Shown here piece by piece: positions 10,149 through 17,423 of a DNA stretch of 64,000 nt. A program made the position numbers and the translations under genes. This stretch comes from a virus. Taxonomy: Duplodnaviria > Caudoviricetes. Location: IMG/VR virus record IMGVR_UViG_3300005546_000001, positions 32,001 through 96,000 of that record; one strand, written 5' to 3'. The stretch's first letter is position 1. Each line of letters starts with the position of its first letter. Under the pieces are notes generated by a model, which was not told where the DNA came from, did no database searches, and saw only the letters and a program-made list of their open reading frames with translations.

Positions 10149-12022
10149 AATATATAGGAGCACCATCCGGTATAGTAGGTACTTGGGTTACTCAAGGGCA
10201 CACTATAGCTACCCAGAATATTACTGCATCTGGCGTGGGTGCTGCTGCATTAAATCGCAATCCATTTAAAATAGTTTCCGTCGCCGGTATTGGTGCTGCA
10301 AGCCTAGTTCGATCAACAGCACACAGTATCTCAGCCGCCGGTGTCGGGGCGGCTTCTATTCTGAAATCTCCCGGAAAGTTCATCTTTCCATCCGGAGTTG
10401 GGGCTGCTCTTCTAACTACAAATATAACAAAAATCCAGTCAATTATCGCTGCTGGAGTTGGTACTGGGCTGCTAGTAAATCGGCCAACTAAAATAGTCAG
10501 CACTTCTGGAGTCGGCACACCCGCTCTAACCAGAACTTCCGTCCATATAATCAACGCTGTTGGTATAGGTGCAGCTAGCTTAATTAACTCTGTTTTGAAA
10601 AATATTTCTGCATCCGGAATCGGAACTGCATTTTTAAATATGAGCCTTATAAAAATCCAGGAAGTTGCTCCGGTTGGTGTTGGGGCTGCCACCATAATCA
10701 ACCAGCCTGCTAAAATAGTTTCGGCGGCAGGTGTCGGAGCCTCTGTTATCCAGACAGCTAAAACAAAGATTCAAAGTATAATTGCAGCGGGTATGGGGGC
10801 GGCGAGTTTAATAAAAACTCCGGGAAGAATTTTAAATACATCTGGTGTTGGAACAGCAGCGATTATAAACTCCCCGGTAAAAATCCTATCAGCCGCTGGC
10901 ATAGGTGCCGCATTTATTAACGCAGTTAAAATCGTCGCAGCGCTTATTTCTGCATCTGGAACTGGGGATGCTCAAATAACTAAACAGCCAGTAAAAATAC
11001 TGGCTTCTTCTGGAATCGGAAGCCCAAATATTTCTAGACTTGTAGGTAAAACACTGAGTTCTAGTGGTATCGGCGCCACCGTAATAACCACCCTAAAAGT
11101 AAAAATACAAGAAATTTCTGCGAGTGGCACTGGACTTGCAATTCTCATAAGAACTGCGTTAAAAGTGTTGAGTGGAACCGGAACCGGAACACCGTCAGTT
11201 CTTAGAACTCCGGCTCATTCTATAACCATTGGTGGGGTAGGCGCTGCCGCTGTAGTTAAACAGCCATCAAAAATAATTTCTATAGACGGTGTTGGCGCCG
11301 TTGTCGTAACTTTAACACAAGTAACGAGCAAAATAATTTCAGCCGCTGGAGTTGGAACTGCTGTACTTGTTCGCGGCGTTCTTAAGAATTTAAGTGGTTC
11401 CGGGGTTGGTGCTGGTGCTATAACCAAACAGCCTCGAATTTCTATTTCTACTAGCGGGATTGGAACAGGAACATTATTCCGACTTGTAAGTAAATTCATA
11501 TCCACTGCTGGTGTTGGTCTTGTTATTATAGCAAGGACTCCAAATAAGCAAGTCAGTGCGGTATCAACAGGAACCGGAAGTATTACAAGAGCCCCAGGTC
11601 ACATTATTTCTGGTCAAGGTGTTGGACTTGCTGGAATCCTAAGAAGTTTTCCATTCAGTTTCTCTGCTGCCGGAACTGGGGTAGCGTCATTATTCAAATC
11701 CCCAACTAAAATAGTTTCTGGAACAGCCACTGGAATTGGTAACATTGTTTGGATGCCAATAAAAATTATATCTGCCGTAGCAGTCGGCGCTGGACGGTTT
11801 ATTAGATCCGCTGGGAAAGTAATTGTAGCAACTGGTATCGGTTATGCGATAATTACTTTTATCAGTAGTGGGACTAGATTCCCAATTGTTCAGTTTATAA
11901 GAACTGGAATACTAAATCTAAGCAGATCAAGAACTGTTGATTATGAGCGCTACAAAGGCTCAGAACTATCTGGCGAAGTATCAGTAAAGAGAAGCAAGAT
12001 AACAAAAATTAGTGAGGAATAA
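10145..12022 (+). CDS. Repetitive fibre/spike-like protein
   Basis: About 29 tandem 19-21 aa repeats KIxSAxGxGxAxI. Confidence 0.65.
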   Translation: MKYIGAPSGIVGTWVTQGHTIATQNITASGVGAAALNRNPFKIVSVAGIGAASLVRSTAHSISAAGVGAASILKSPGKFIFPSGVGAALLTTNITKIQSIIAAGVGTGLLVNRPTKIVSTSGVGTPALTRTSVHIINAVGIGAASLINSVLKNISASGIGTAFLNMSLIKIQEVAPVGVGAATIINQPAKIVSAAGVGASVIQTAKTKIQSIIAAGMGAASLIKTPGRILNTSGVGTAAIINSPVKILSAAGIGAAFINAVKIVAALISASGTGDAQITKQPVKILASSGIGSPNISRLVGKTLSSSGIGATVITTLKVKIQEISASGTGLAILIRTALKVLSGTGTGTPSVLRTPAHSITIGGVGAAAVVKQPSKIISIDGVGAVVVTLTQVTSKIISAAGVGTAVLVRGVLKNLSGSGVGAGAITKQPRISISTSGIGTGTLFRLVSKFISTAGVGLVIIARTPNKQVSAVSTGTGSITRAPGHIISGQGVGLAGILRSFPFSFSAAGTGVASLFKSPTKIVSGTATGIGNIVWMPIKIISAVAVGAGRFIRSAGKVIVATGIGYAIITFISSGTRFPIVQFIRTGILNLSRSRTVDYERYKGSELSGEVSVKRSKITKISEE

Positions 12023-12403
12023 ATGGCAGAGTTTAATGGGATAATCAGCAACTTCGCAAATGACGTGGATATTTCATTTGACTGGACGATTACTACAGTT
12101 CCAGCACTGTCTACTATAGCTAGCGCTGAGTTCACCGTCAAGACTGTTGAAACTGATCCAGACTCTGCTGCTATTCTTGTTAAAATAATAACTCCAACAA
12201 ATTCTACAGGAGTTGGGCAAGTGGAAGATACTGGCTCCGATGGTACTGGAAAAATCAGATTTGATTTAACTCCTACTGATACAGCAAAACTAACTCCTGG
12301 TGTAATTTATGTTTACTGGGTTTATGTAATTTTAAATAGTGGGCAGACAACATTAGTGGAAAAAGGAAGCATCTTCTCGGCGCAGGGAGCTTCACATGTA
12401 TAG
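12023..12403 (+). CDS. BppU-like / baseplate-type Ig-fold protein
   Basis: GKIRFDLTPTDT..L..G..Y.Y.V motif. Confidence 0.55.
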   Translation: MAEFNGIISNFANDVDISFDWTITTVPALSTIASAEFTVKTVETDPDSAAILVKIITPTNSTGVGQVEDTGSDGTGKIRFDLTPTDTAKLTPGVIYVYWVYVILNSGQTTLVEKGSIFSAQGASHV

Positions 12404-12947
12404 AATGAAGCTATTAAGATTTTTGCTTTCTATTATATTGATCTTTTTTATAAGCTGCGGAAGTGGAGTCCACGTCAAAAATCATCCGTTTAAAGATAGC
12501 TCGATCTTTAATTTTGGAAAAGTTGATGACAATGTATATCGCGGTTCCCAACCATTAGAATCCGATTATATCGGGCTGAAGAAACTTGGCATCAAAACAG
12601 TTCTCGATTTAAGAGACGATCAGGTTAGTACTTCCCCAAAATTTGCTAAAATGGCTGGCCTAGAGTATAAACATGTTACAATGTCATCTACGCACACACC
12701 GAGATTGAAGGATGTTCAGACCGCTGAAGCAATTTTACGCGATCCTCTGAACTGGCCTGTCTTCGTTCACTGCGAGGGTGGCCGTCACAGAACGGGTGTA
12801 ATTGTTGCTGTATATAGAGTTATAGTTTCCAAATGGACGATAGATAAAGCTTGGGGTGAGGCTCTGAAATACGATTACTACTCTGATTTTGGACACCAAT
12901 CTATTGAAACGTGGTTTCTACGCGATTTTAAGCCTGAATTATTCTAA
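12396..12947 (+). CDS. Dual-specificity/tyrosine phosphatase family protein, probable lipoprotein
   Basis: YRGSQP, GIKTVLDLR, P-loop HCEGGRHRTG; N-terminal hydrophobic segment ending ISC. Confidence 0.85.
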   Translation: MYRMKLLRFLLSIILIFFISCGSGVHVKNHPFKDSSIFNFGKVDDNVYRGSQPLESDYIGLKKLGIKTVLDLRDDQVSTSPKFAKMAGLEYKHVTMSSTHTPRLKDVQTAEAILRDPLNWPVFVHCEGGRHRTGVIVAVYRVIVSKWTIDKAWGEALKYDYYSDFGHQSIETWFLRDFKPELF

Positions 12948-12967
12948 ACCAACCCGAACATCCTTTT

Positions 12968-13065
12968 TTCTTTAAAGGTCTCTTAAATCGCTTCCTAACG
13001 CGTTCTTGGGGGATTCTACGGCACAGTCTGAAATCAAAATTCATTTTCTGAAAAACTAAATTAGT
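12968..13065. repeat. Composite ~98 bp element, copy A
   Basis: TTCTTTAAAGGTCTCT, ATTCTACGG at +45, ACTAAATTAGT a further +42; same spacing as the copy at 57121. Confidence 0.6.
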
Positions 13066-13650
13066 ATGGCACACCGACCGATAACAGATAATTTTACTCT
13101 ATTCTTTGATTACGGAGTTTGGATTCCTGATAAATACCTCGATATTACTGGGGATATTAATGAGAAACTAGTTTTTAAAGCCATGCGTGGGCTAACAATC
13201 CTAGATTCTTTAGCAAGCAATGCACCAATAACAATCCGCCTATCTACTTCAGGTGGAGATGTTTACGACGGTTTATCCCTGTATGATGCTATAAGAAATT
13301 GTAAATCCAGAGTAGAAATCATAGGATTTGGAAAAGTATGGTCAATGGGTTCTGTAATTATGCAAGCCGCCGACCCCGGTGGAAGATTTCTAACGCCAAA
13401 CACAACGTTCATGGTGCATCAAGGATATTCGGGAATTACCGAGGATCATCCGGAAACAGTTCAAAGATGGGCCAAAGAAGACAAAAGAATTGGTAATAAA
13501 ATAAATCGTATTTTATACGAACGAAGCAAGTTAACTGCCGATATCTCGATTACGCAGAAACAATTTATAGCCGGAATCCAGTTCGATGTTTATATGGACC
13601 CAAGTACAGCGATCTCGGCGGGACTCGCAGATGCCATTCTTGCGCCATAG
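13066..13650 (+). CDS. ClpP-like serine protease
   Basis: STSGGDVYDG, WSMG (catalytic Ser), MVHQ (His), GLADAI. Confidence 0.85.
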   Translation: MAHRPITDNFTLFFDYGVWIPDKYLDITGDINEKLVFKAMRGLTILDSLASNAPITIRLSTSGGDVYDGLSLYDAIRNCKSRVEIIGFGKVWSMGSVIMQAADPGGRFLTPNTTFMVHQGYSGITEDHPETVQRWAKEDKRIGNKINRILYERSKLTADISITQKQFIAGIQFDVYMDPSTAISAGLADAILAP

Positions 13651-13654
13651 GCCC

Positions 13655-13683
13655 TTGCGCTAATCCAAAAAGTTTGGTATGAT
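13655..13683 (+). promoter_or_regulatory. Sigma70-type promoter
   Basis: TTGCGC, 17 bp, TGn-TATGAT. Confidence 0.55.
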
Positions 13684-13692
13684 AGCCACTAT

Positions 13693-14406
13693 ATGAATAA
13701 AGATGGAACACCTTCGGTGCTTTTCTTCGACATAGAAACTGCTGGTCCAGCTTCAATGACGGCTGATCTGGCAATTGTTATTTGCTTCGGCTATAAATGG
13801 CAGGGTGAGAAGCATTCTCATTGCTTGACAATTGATGAGAAATCTCTTAGAAAATTTGACGACAGCAAACTCCTAAAAGAAGCGTGTAAAATTTTTGAAG
13901 AAGCCGATTTAATTGTTGCACATTACGGCTCGGTATTTGATCGCCGTTTTATTCAAGGCCGCTTATTAATCAATAATTTACCGCCAATCCCACAGACTAA
14001 AATGAGGGATACTTGTTTCATGGCACGAAGTATCGCCAATTTTAGTCGTAATCGACTTGCGTACCTTTGCAAAATTCTGAATCTCGGTCATGCTAAGCTA
14101 GACAATAACTGGCCCGCAGCTTGGTTCTCCGTACTTCGCGGAGATATGGGAGCCCTTAAAAAGATGGCTATTTATTGTAAAGGCGATGTTCTAGCTCTCG
14201 AAGATCTTTATAATCGACTGAAAGCCTTTGATAGTCCCCATCCAAGAATGGTTATCGACCGAACAAAGTGCGGTCTTTGCGGCGGCGAAATCGAATACCG
14301 TGGTTTTTCATTTGTCGGACACCTCAGATACCGGCGCTTTGTATGTAAAAACCCTAAATGTCGCAAATGGGATAGAGAGAGAACAGCGATTAAATCCAAG
14401 AAATAA
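13693..14406 (+). CDS. RNase H-like DEDD 3'-5' exonuclease with C-terminal Zn ribbon
   Basis: FDIET, HYGSVFD, YCKGDV; CGLCG...CKNPKC. Confidence 0.85.
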   Translation: MNKDGTPSVLFFDIETAGPASMTADLAIVICFGYKWQGEKHSHCLTIDEKSLRKFDDSKLLKEACKIFEEADLIVAHYGSVFDRRFIQGRLLINNLPPIPQTKMRDTCFMARSIANFSRNRLAYLCKILNLGHAKLDNNWPAAWFSVLRGDMGALKKMAIYCKGDVLALEDLYNRLKAFDSPHPRMVIDRTKCGLCGGEIEYRGFSFVGHLRYRRFVCKNPKCRKWDRERTAIKSKK

Positions 14407-14457
14407 GCATCTTAGGGGCATACATGAAGGATATTTAACGCTATTTTTAGATTTCTC

Positions 14458-14486
14458 TTGACAAAAATCAAGGAATCTACTAAAAT
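14458..14486 (+). promoter_or_regulatory. Promoter of the tRNA/ncRNA operon
   Basis: TTGACA, 17 bp, TAAAAT, 9 bp upstream of the first tRNA. Confidence 0.85.
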
Positions 14487-14495
14487 AGCAGAGTT

Positions 14496-14582
14496 GCCAA
14501 CTTCGGGTAGCGGCGATCCCACGAGATTGTAAACCTCGCATTCTTCGGAGTCTCGGTGGTTCGAGTCCACCAGTTGGCACCA
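14496..14582 (+). tRNA. trnY: tRNA-Tyr(GTA), CCA encoded
   Basis: GCCAACT/AGTTGGC acceptor, loop TTGTAAA, long variable arm. Confidence 0.9.
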
Positions 14583-14586
14583 TTTT

Positions 14587-14658
14587 GGCAGAGTTCGTTA
14601 ATTGGTAAGCGGCTGATCTCCAAAATCAGTGCTGAAAGTTCGACCCTTTCCTCTGTCG
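14587..14658 (+). tRNA. trnW: tRNA-Trp(CCA)
   Basis: CTGAT-CTCCAAA-ATCAG, G73. Confidence 0.9.
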
Positions 14659-14729
14659 TAGTAGACCGCTGCAACGCGCCAACCAGAGCGTAGCGACTCG
14701 GCTAGTTACTGAGTCGAATCTGGTAAACT

Positions 14730-14817
14730 GGAAGCGAACCGGCTGGATCAGGGGAGAGTTTGCTAAACTCTTGGGGCGCTAGACGTGCCCTTGTGCGTTC
14801 GAGTCGCACCGTTTCCG
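14730..14817 (+). tRNA. trnS: tRNA-Ser(GCT)
   Basis: Loop TTGCTAA, long variable arm, G73. Confidence 0.9.
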
Positions 14818-14820
14818 CTT

Positions 14821-14903
14821 GGAGAATTTGGCATAGGCACGCCGCACGGTCCTGAAAACCGCAGGGGCTTACACCCCGGTAAGTTCGACTCTTACATTCT
14901 CCG
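14821..14903 (+). tRNA. trnS: tRNA-Ser(TGA), C33
   Basis: Loop CCTGAAA, long variable arm, G73. Confidence 0.85.
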
Positions 14904-14909
14904 CTTTTT

Positions 14910-14982
14910 GGCCCCGTGGTGAAACTGGATATCACAAAACGCTTCGAACGTTTAGTTGAGGAATCGTACTCTTCCGGGGTTA
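14910..14982 (+). tRNA. trnR: tRNA-Arg(TCG)
   Basis: AAACG-CTTCGAA-CGTTT; atypical T loop ATCGTAC. Confidence 0.8.
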
Positions 14983-14993
14983 TTGGAGTAATT

Positions 14994-15164
14994 ATGGAAG
15001 ATACAGATAAAGTGCCCGAATTCAAATTCGGAGTATTCAACTCTATGTTTAGATACGGGCTAGTAAAAAAGTTCTATGAAAAAGAAGCCGCTATTAAATA
15101 TGCGGATTACCTCAGTCACGGCGGACAATATTTCGTTGAACGAGTTGACTGGATAATGCCTTAG
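14994..15164 (+). CDS. Small hypothetical protein within the tRNA array
   Basis: GGAG RBS, ATG at 14994; the longer ORF-track start overlaps a tRNA. Confidence 0.6.
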   Translation: MEDTDKVPEFKFGVFNSMFRYGLVKKFYEKEAAIKYADYLSHGGQYFVERVDWIMP

Positions 15165-15170
15165 TTTTAT

Positions 15171-15255
15171 GCGAGCGTAGACAAATTGGCAAAGTCGGCA
15201 GGCTTAGACCCTGTTTTGCGAAAGCATCCTGGAGGTTCAACTCCTCTCGCTCGTA
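15171..15255 (+). tRNA. trnL: tRNA-Leu(TAG)
   Basis: Loop CTTAGAC, long variable arm, A73. Confidence 0.9.
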
Positions 15256-15259
15256 CCTT

Positions 15260-15332
15260 GCTGGTGTGGTGTAATTGGTAAACGCAGCGGCCTCAAACGT
15301 CGCTTATGGCTGTTCGAATCAGCTCACCAGCA
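15260..15332 (+). tRNA. trnL: tRNA with CAA anticodon (Leu), no variable arm
   Basis: GCGGC-CTCAAAC-GTCGC, variable loop TTAT only. Confidence 0.8.
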
Positions 15333-15406
15333 TTTTCAGTGGATGTGGGGCCTCCTGCATCGGCGCCCTTGCACACCGAGGCGCTTTTAATTTCGGGTGC
15401 TATTTA

Positions 15407-15478
15407 TCGCGCATAGCCAAGGGGAAAGGCGTGAGTCTGCAAAACTCTGATACATCGGTTCGATTCCGATTGCGCGAT
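15407..15478 (+). tRNA. trnC: tRNA-Cys(GCA)
   Basis: Loop CTGCAAA, U73. Confidence 0.9.
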
Positions 15479-15483
15479 CTTAA

Positions 15484-15560
15484 TGCGGGCGATAGCGCCA
15501 TTGTGCTAACTGCGCTCATAACGCAGATAAGGCGGGGTGAGACTCCCCGGCCCGCTACCA
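15484..15560 (+). tRNA. trnM: tRNA-Met(CAT), initiator-like, CCA encoded
   Basis: T1:T72 mismatch, loop CTCATAA, T loop TGAGACT. Confidence 0.8.
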
Positions 15561-15670
15561 TTTGAAACGCCAAGCGGCCACATGAAATTGGTATACCTCA
15601 ATTAAGGAGAACGGGTAAGAATGACCGACGCGCCGCCAGCGCGAGTACTGGCGACCTTGGCGCGGTTTTT

Positions 15671-15744
15671 GCCAGCGTGATGTAATTGGCACGCATTTAC
15701 CGCTTAAAACGGTGATTTTGGGGGTTCGAGTCCCTCCGCTGGCA
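15671..15744 (+). tRNA. trnL: tRNA with TAA anticodon (Leu), no variable arm
   Basis: TACCG-CTTAAAA-CGGTG, variable loop ATTTT. Confidence 0.8.
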
Positions 15745-15828
15745 TTCTTTGGTGCGAAGCTATGCTATGAATATTGCCATAGAGCGCAAACCTCCATTGG
15801 ATGTTAGGCGCTCGCACTGAGGGGACAT

Positions 15829-15900
15829 GGCGTCGAATGCAAATGGCTAGCAGCAAGTCCTTCAAACTTGTACTAGAGAGTTCAATTCTCTCCGGCGCTG
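15829..15900 (+). tRNA. trnE: tRNA-Glu(TTC), C33
   Basis: CAAGT-CCTTCAA-ACTTG, G73. Confidence 0.75.
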
Positions 15901-15977
15901 CTATTCCGCCTGACTATTTCGATGGCAGGCTGCGGGAGTACACTACAGAAGGAATTCTGAAAGAACTCCCTGCTTAT

Positions 15978-16050
15978 GGCGACTGTAGTGTAGTGGAAAC
16001 ATGGAAAGCTGTGAACTTTTCGTCAGTCCGTTCAAATCGGCTCAGTCGCC
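15978..16050 (+). tRNA. trnH: tRNA-His(GTG)
   Basis: G-1:C73, loop CTGTGAA. Confidence 0.9.
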
Positions 16051-16056
16051 CTTTAT

Positions 16057-16130
16057 TCTGGCGTCTTCTAAAGCAAGAACCATCGCTCTGAACGATGAGA
16101 ATCTCGGTTCGATTCCGTGCGCCAGTGCCA
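16057..16130 (+). tRNA. trnQ: tRNA-Gln(CTG), CCA encoded
   Basis: CATCG-CTCTGAA-CGATG. Confidence 0.85.
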
Positions 16131-16144
16131 ACTAATTTAGTTTT

Positions 16145-16217
16145 GCCGATCTAGTGTAATTGGCTGCACGCCCTCCTGATTAGAGGGAAGCTCAGGGTTC
16201 AAGTCCTTGGATCGGTA
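16145..16217 (+). tRNA. trnI: tRNA-Ile(GAT)
   Basis: CCCTC-CTGATTA-GAGGG (T37). Confidence 0.85.
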
Positions 16218-16221
16218 CTTA

Positions 16222-16326
16222 GGGAGTTTATCTCCCGACGAAGAGCCGGGGTCGCTGGTTCAACTCCAGTAAAGGGGACCATTTTATCCCCTGCTAGTTT
16301 AGCGTAAAACACCGGCTATGATTTTT
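16222..16326 (+). ncRNA. YrlA-type Y RNA / circularly permuted tRNA mimic
   Basis: Order is GACGAAG, AGCCGG, T arm, AAAGGGGA-CCA, loop, TCCCCTGC, D arm, CCGGCT. Confidence 0.75.
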
Positions 16327-16397
16327 GGAGGCGTAGTGTAAAGGCCGCACGATTGGCTGTCTACCATTTAGAGCGAGTTCGAATCTCGTCGTCTCCG
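16327..16397 (+). tRNA. trnD: tRNA-Asp(GTC)
   Basis: Loop CTGTCTA, G73. Confidence 0.9.
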
Positions 16398-16400
16398 CCT

Positions 16401-16474
16401 GTTCTCGTAGCCAAATTGGATAAGGTGCCAGTCTTCTAAACTGGAGATTCCGAGTTCGAGTCTCGGCGGGAACA
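16401..16474 (+). tRNA. trnR: tRNA-Arg(TCT)
   Basis: CCAGT-CTTCTAA-ACTGG. Confidence 0.9.
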
Positions 16475-16476
16475 TT

Positions 16477-16800
16477 ATGAAAGTTCTTTTCACTACTATT
16501 TTAGTAGCCGTATCTTTTCTTTGTACCGGCTTTATTGGTGGATTTTCTAGTTATACAGCGACAGCGTACACCCTAAAAGGCCGTACGGCTTTTGGTTGCA
16601 AAGCACACTCTGGAATAATAGCTGCTGATCCGCGCCAGATTAAACTCGGTTCTACAGTTTATATCAGAGCCGGTAAATACTCCGGAGAATATGTCGTGCA
16701 TGACACTGGCGTAAAAGGCCGTAGAATCGACATGTGGCTCCCCAGCCGAGCAGAAGCCTTGCGCTTTGGCAAGAAATCTGTTACACTGAAAATATTATGA
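16477..16800 (+). CDS. 3D-domain (MltA-like) cell-wall hydrolase with signal peptide
   Basis: TATAYT, IAADP..I.LGS, HDTG, RIDMW. Confidence 0.85.
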   Translation: MKVLFTTILVAVSFLCTGFIGGFSSYTATAYTLKGRTAFGCKAHSGIIAADPRQIKLGSTVYIRAGKYSGEYVVHDTGVKGRRIDMWLPSRAEALRFGKKSVTLKIL

Positions 16801-17000
16801 AAACAATTTGGATATTAACAGCGCATTCTGAAAGTGGTGATGATTTTGGCCCATTAGCATTTTCTAAGAAACCAACAGAAGCAAAACTAAAGAAAATTGC
16901 TTTTGATTGGGATGGTGAAGAAACAGAAGATGGTCCTGGTGACTATGGTTCTTATGTTTATTTGGATCTAAGTGAGGTAGAAGTTGATAAAAAAAGTTAA
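16797..17000 (+). CDS. Hypothetical protein
   Basis: ATGA overlap, start MKTIW. Confidence 0.55.
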   Translation: MKTIWILTAHSESGDDFGPLAFSKKPTEAKLKKIAFDWDGEETEDGPGDYGSYVYLDLSEVEVDKKS

Positions 17001-17099
17001 ATTTGTTTATCCAGAAGCATCAGAGAATGTTTCAAACAGCCCGTTCTTTATTTCTATAATGCAAGAAATTGTTAAACGACAGCGCGAATGGGTGACTAG

Positions 17100-17172
17100 G
17101 AACTCGTAGCTCAATTGGCAGAGCATCACTCTCTTAAAGTGAGTTGTGCGGGATCATTGCCCGCCGAGTTCA
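17100..17172 (+). tRNA. trnK: tRNA-Lys(CTT)
   Basis: TCACT-CTCTTAA-AGTGA; T loop ATCATTG. Confidence 0.8.
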
Positions 17173-17177
17173 TTTCT

Positions 17178-17266
17178 GCTCCCTTGGTGTAGTGACAGCA
17201 CGCTTGCTTTATACGCAGGAAGCCCCAGATTAGGGCGTGGCAGAGGTTTAATTCCTCTAGGGAGTA
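17178..17266 (+). tRNA. trnI: tRNA-Ile(TAT) with long variable arm
   Basis: CTTGC-TTTATAC-GCAGG; variable arm GCCC-CAGATTA-GGGC. Confidence 0.8.
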
Positions 17267-17269
17267 CTC

Positions 17270-17342
17270 GGATCGAAGGCTCAATTGGCAGAGTACCGGA
17301 CTTTTAATCCGGGGGTTGTGAGTTCGACTCTCACTCGATCCA
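17270..17342 (+). tRNA. trnK: tRNA-Lys(TTT)
   Basis: CCGGA-CTTTTAA-TCCGG. Confidence 0.9.
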
Positions 17343-17346
17343 CTTT

Positions 17347-17418
17347 GTCGGCGTAATTTAATCGGTAAAATACATCCCCGGTACGGATGTTTCAAGAGTT
17401 CAAATCCCAGTACCGGCT
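17347..17418 (+). tRNA. trnT: tRNA-Thr(GGT), C33, degenerate T stem (possible pseudogene)
   Basis: CATCC-CCGGTAC-GGATG; T stem AAGAG/CCCAG pairs poorly. Confidence 0.6.
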
Positions 17419-17423
17419 TTTAT

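Noticed and set aside
15829-15900. Opal suppressor/Sec tRNA (CTTCAAA reads TCA)
   Set aside because: The stem CAAGT/ACTTG only pairs with loop CCTTCAA, giving TTC. No Sec-type arms, and TGA serves as a normal stop in this window
16222-16326. Two-piece (permuted) tmRNA
   Set aside because: Has a D stem, lacks the G3-U70 Ala acceptor, and no tag frame follows
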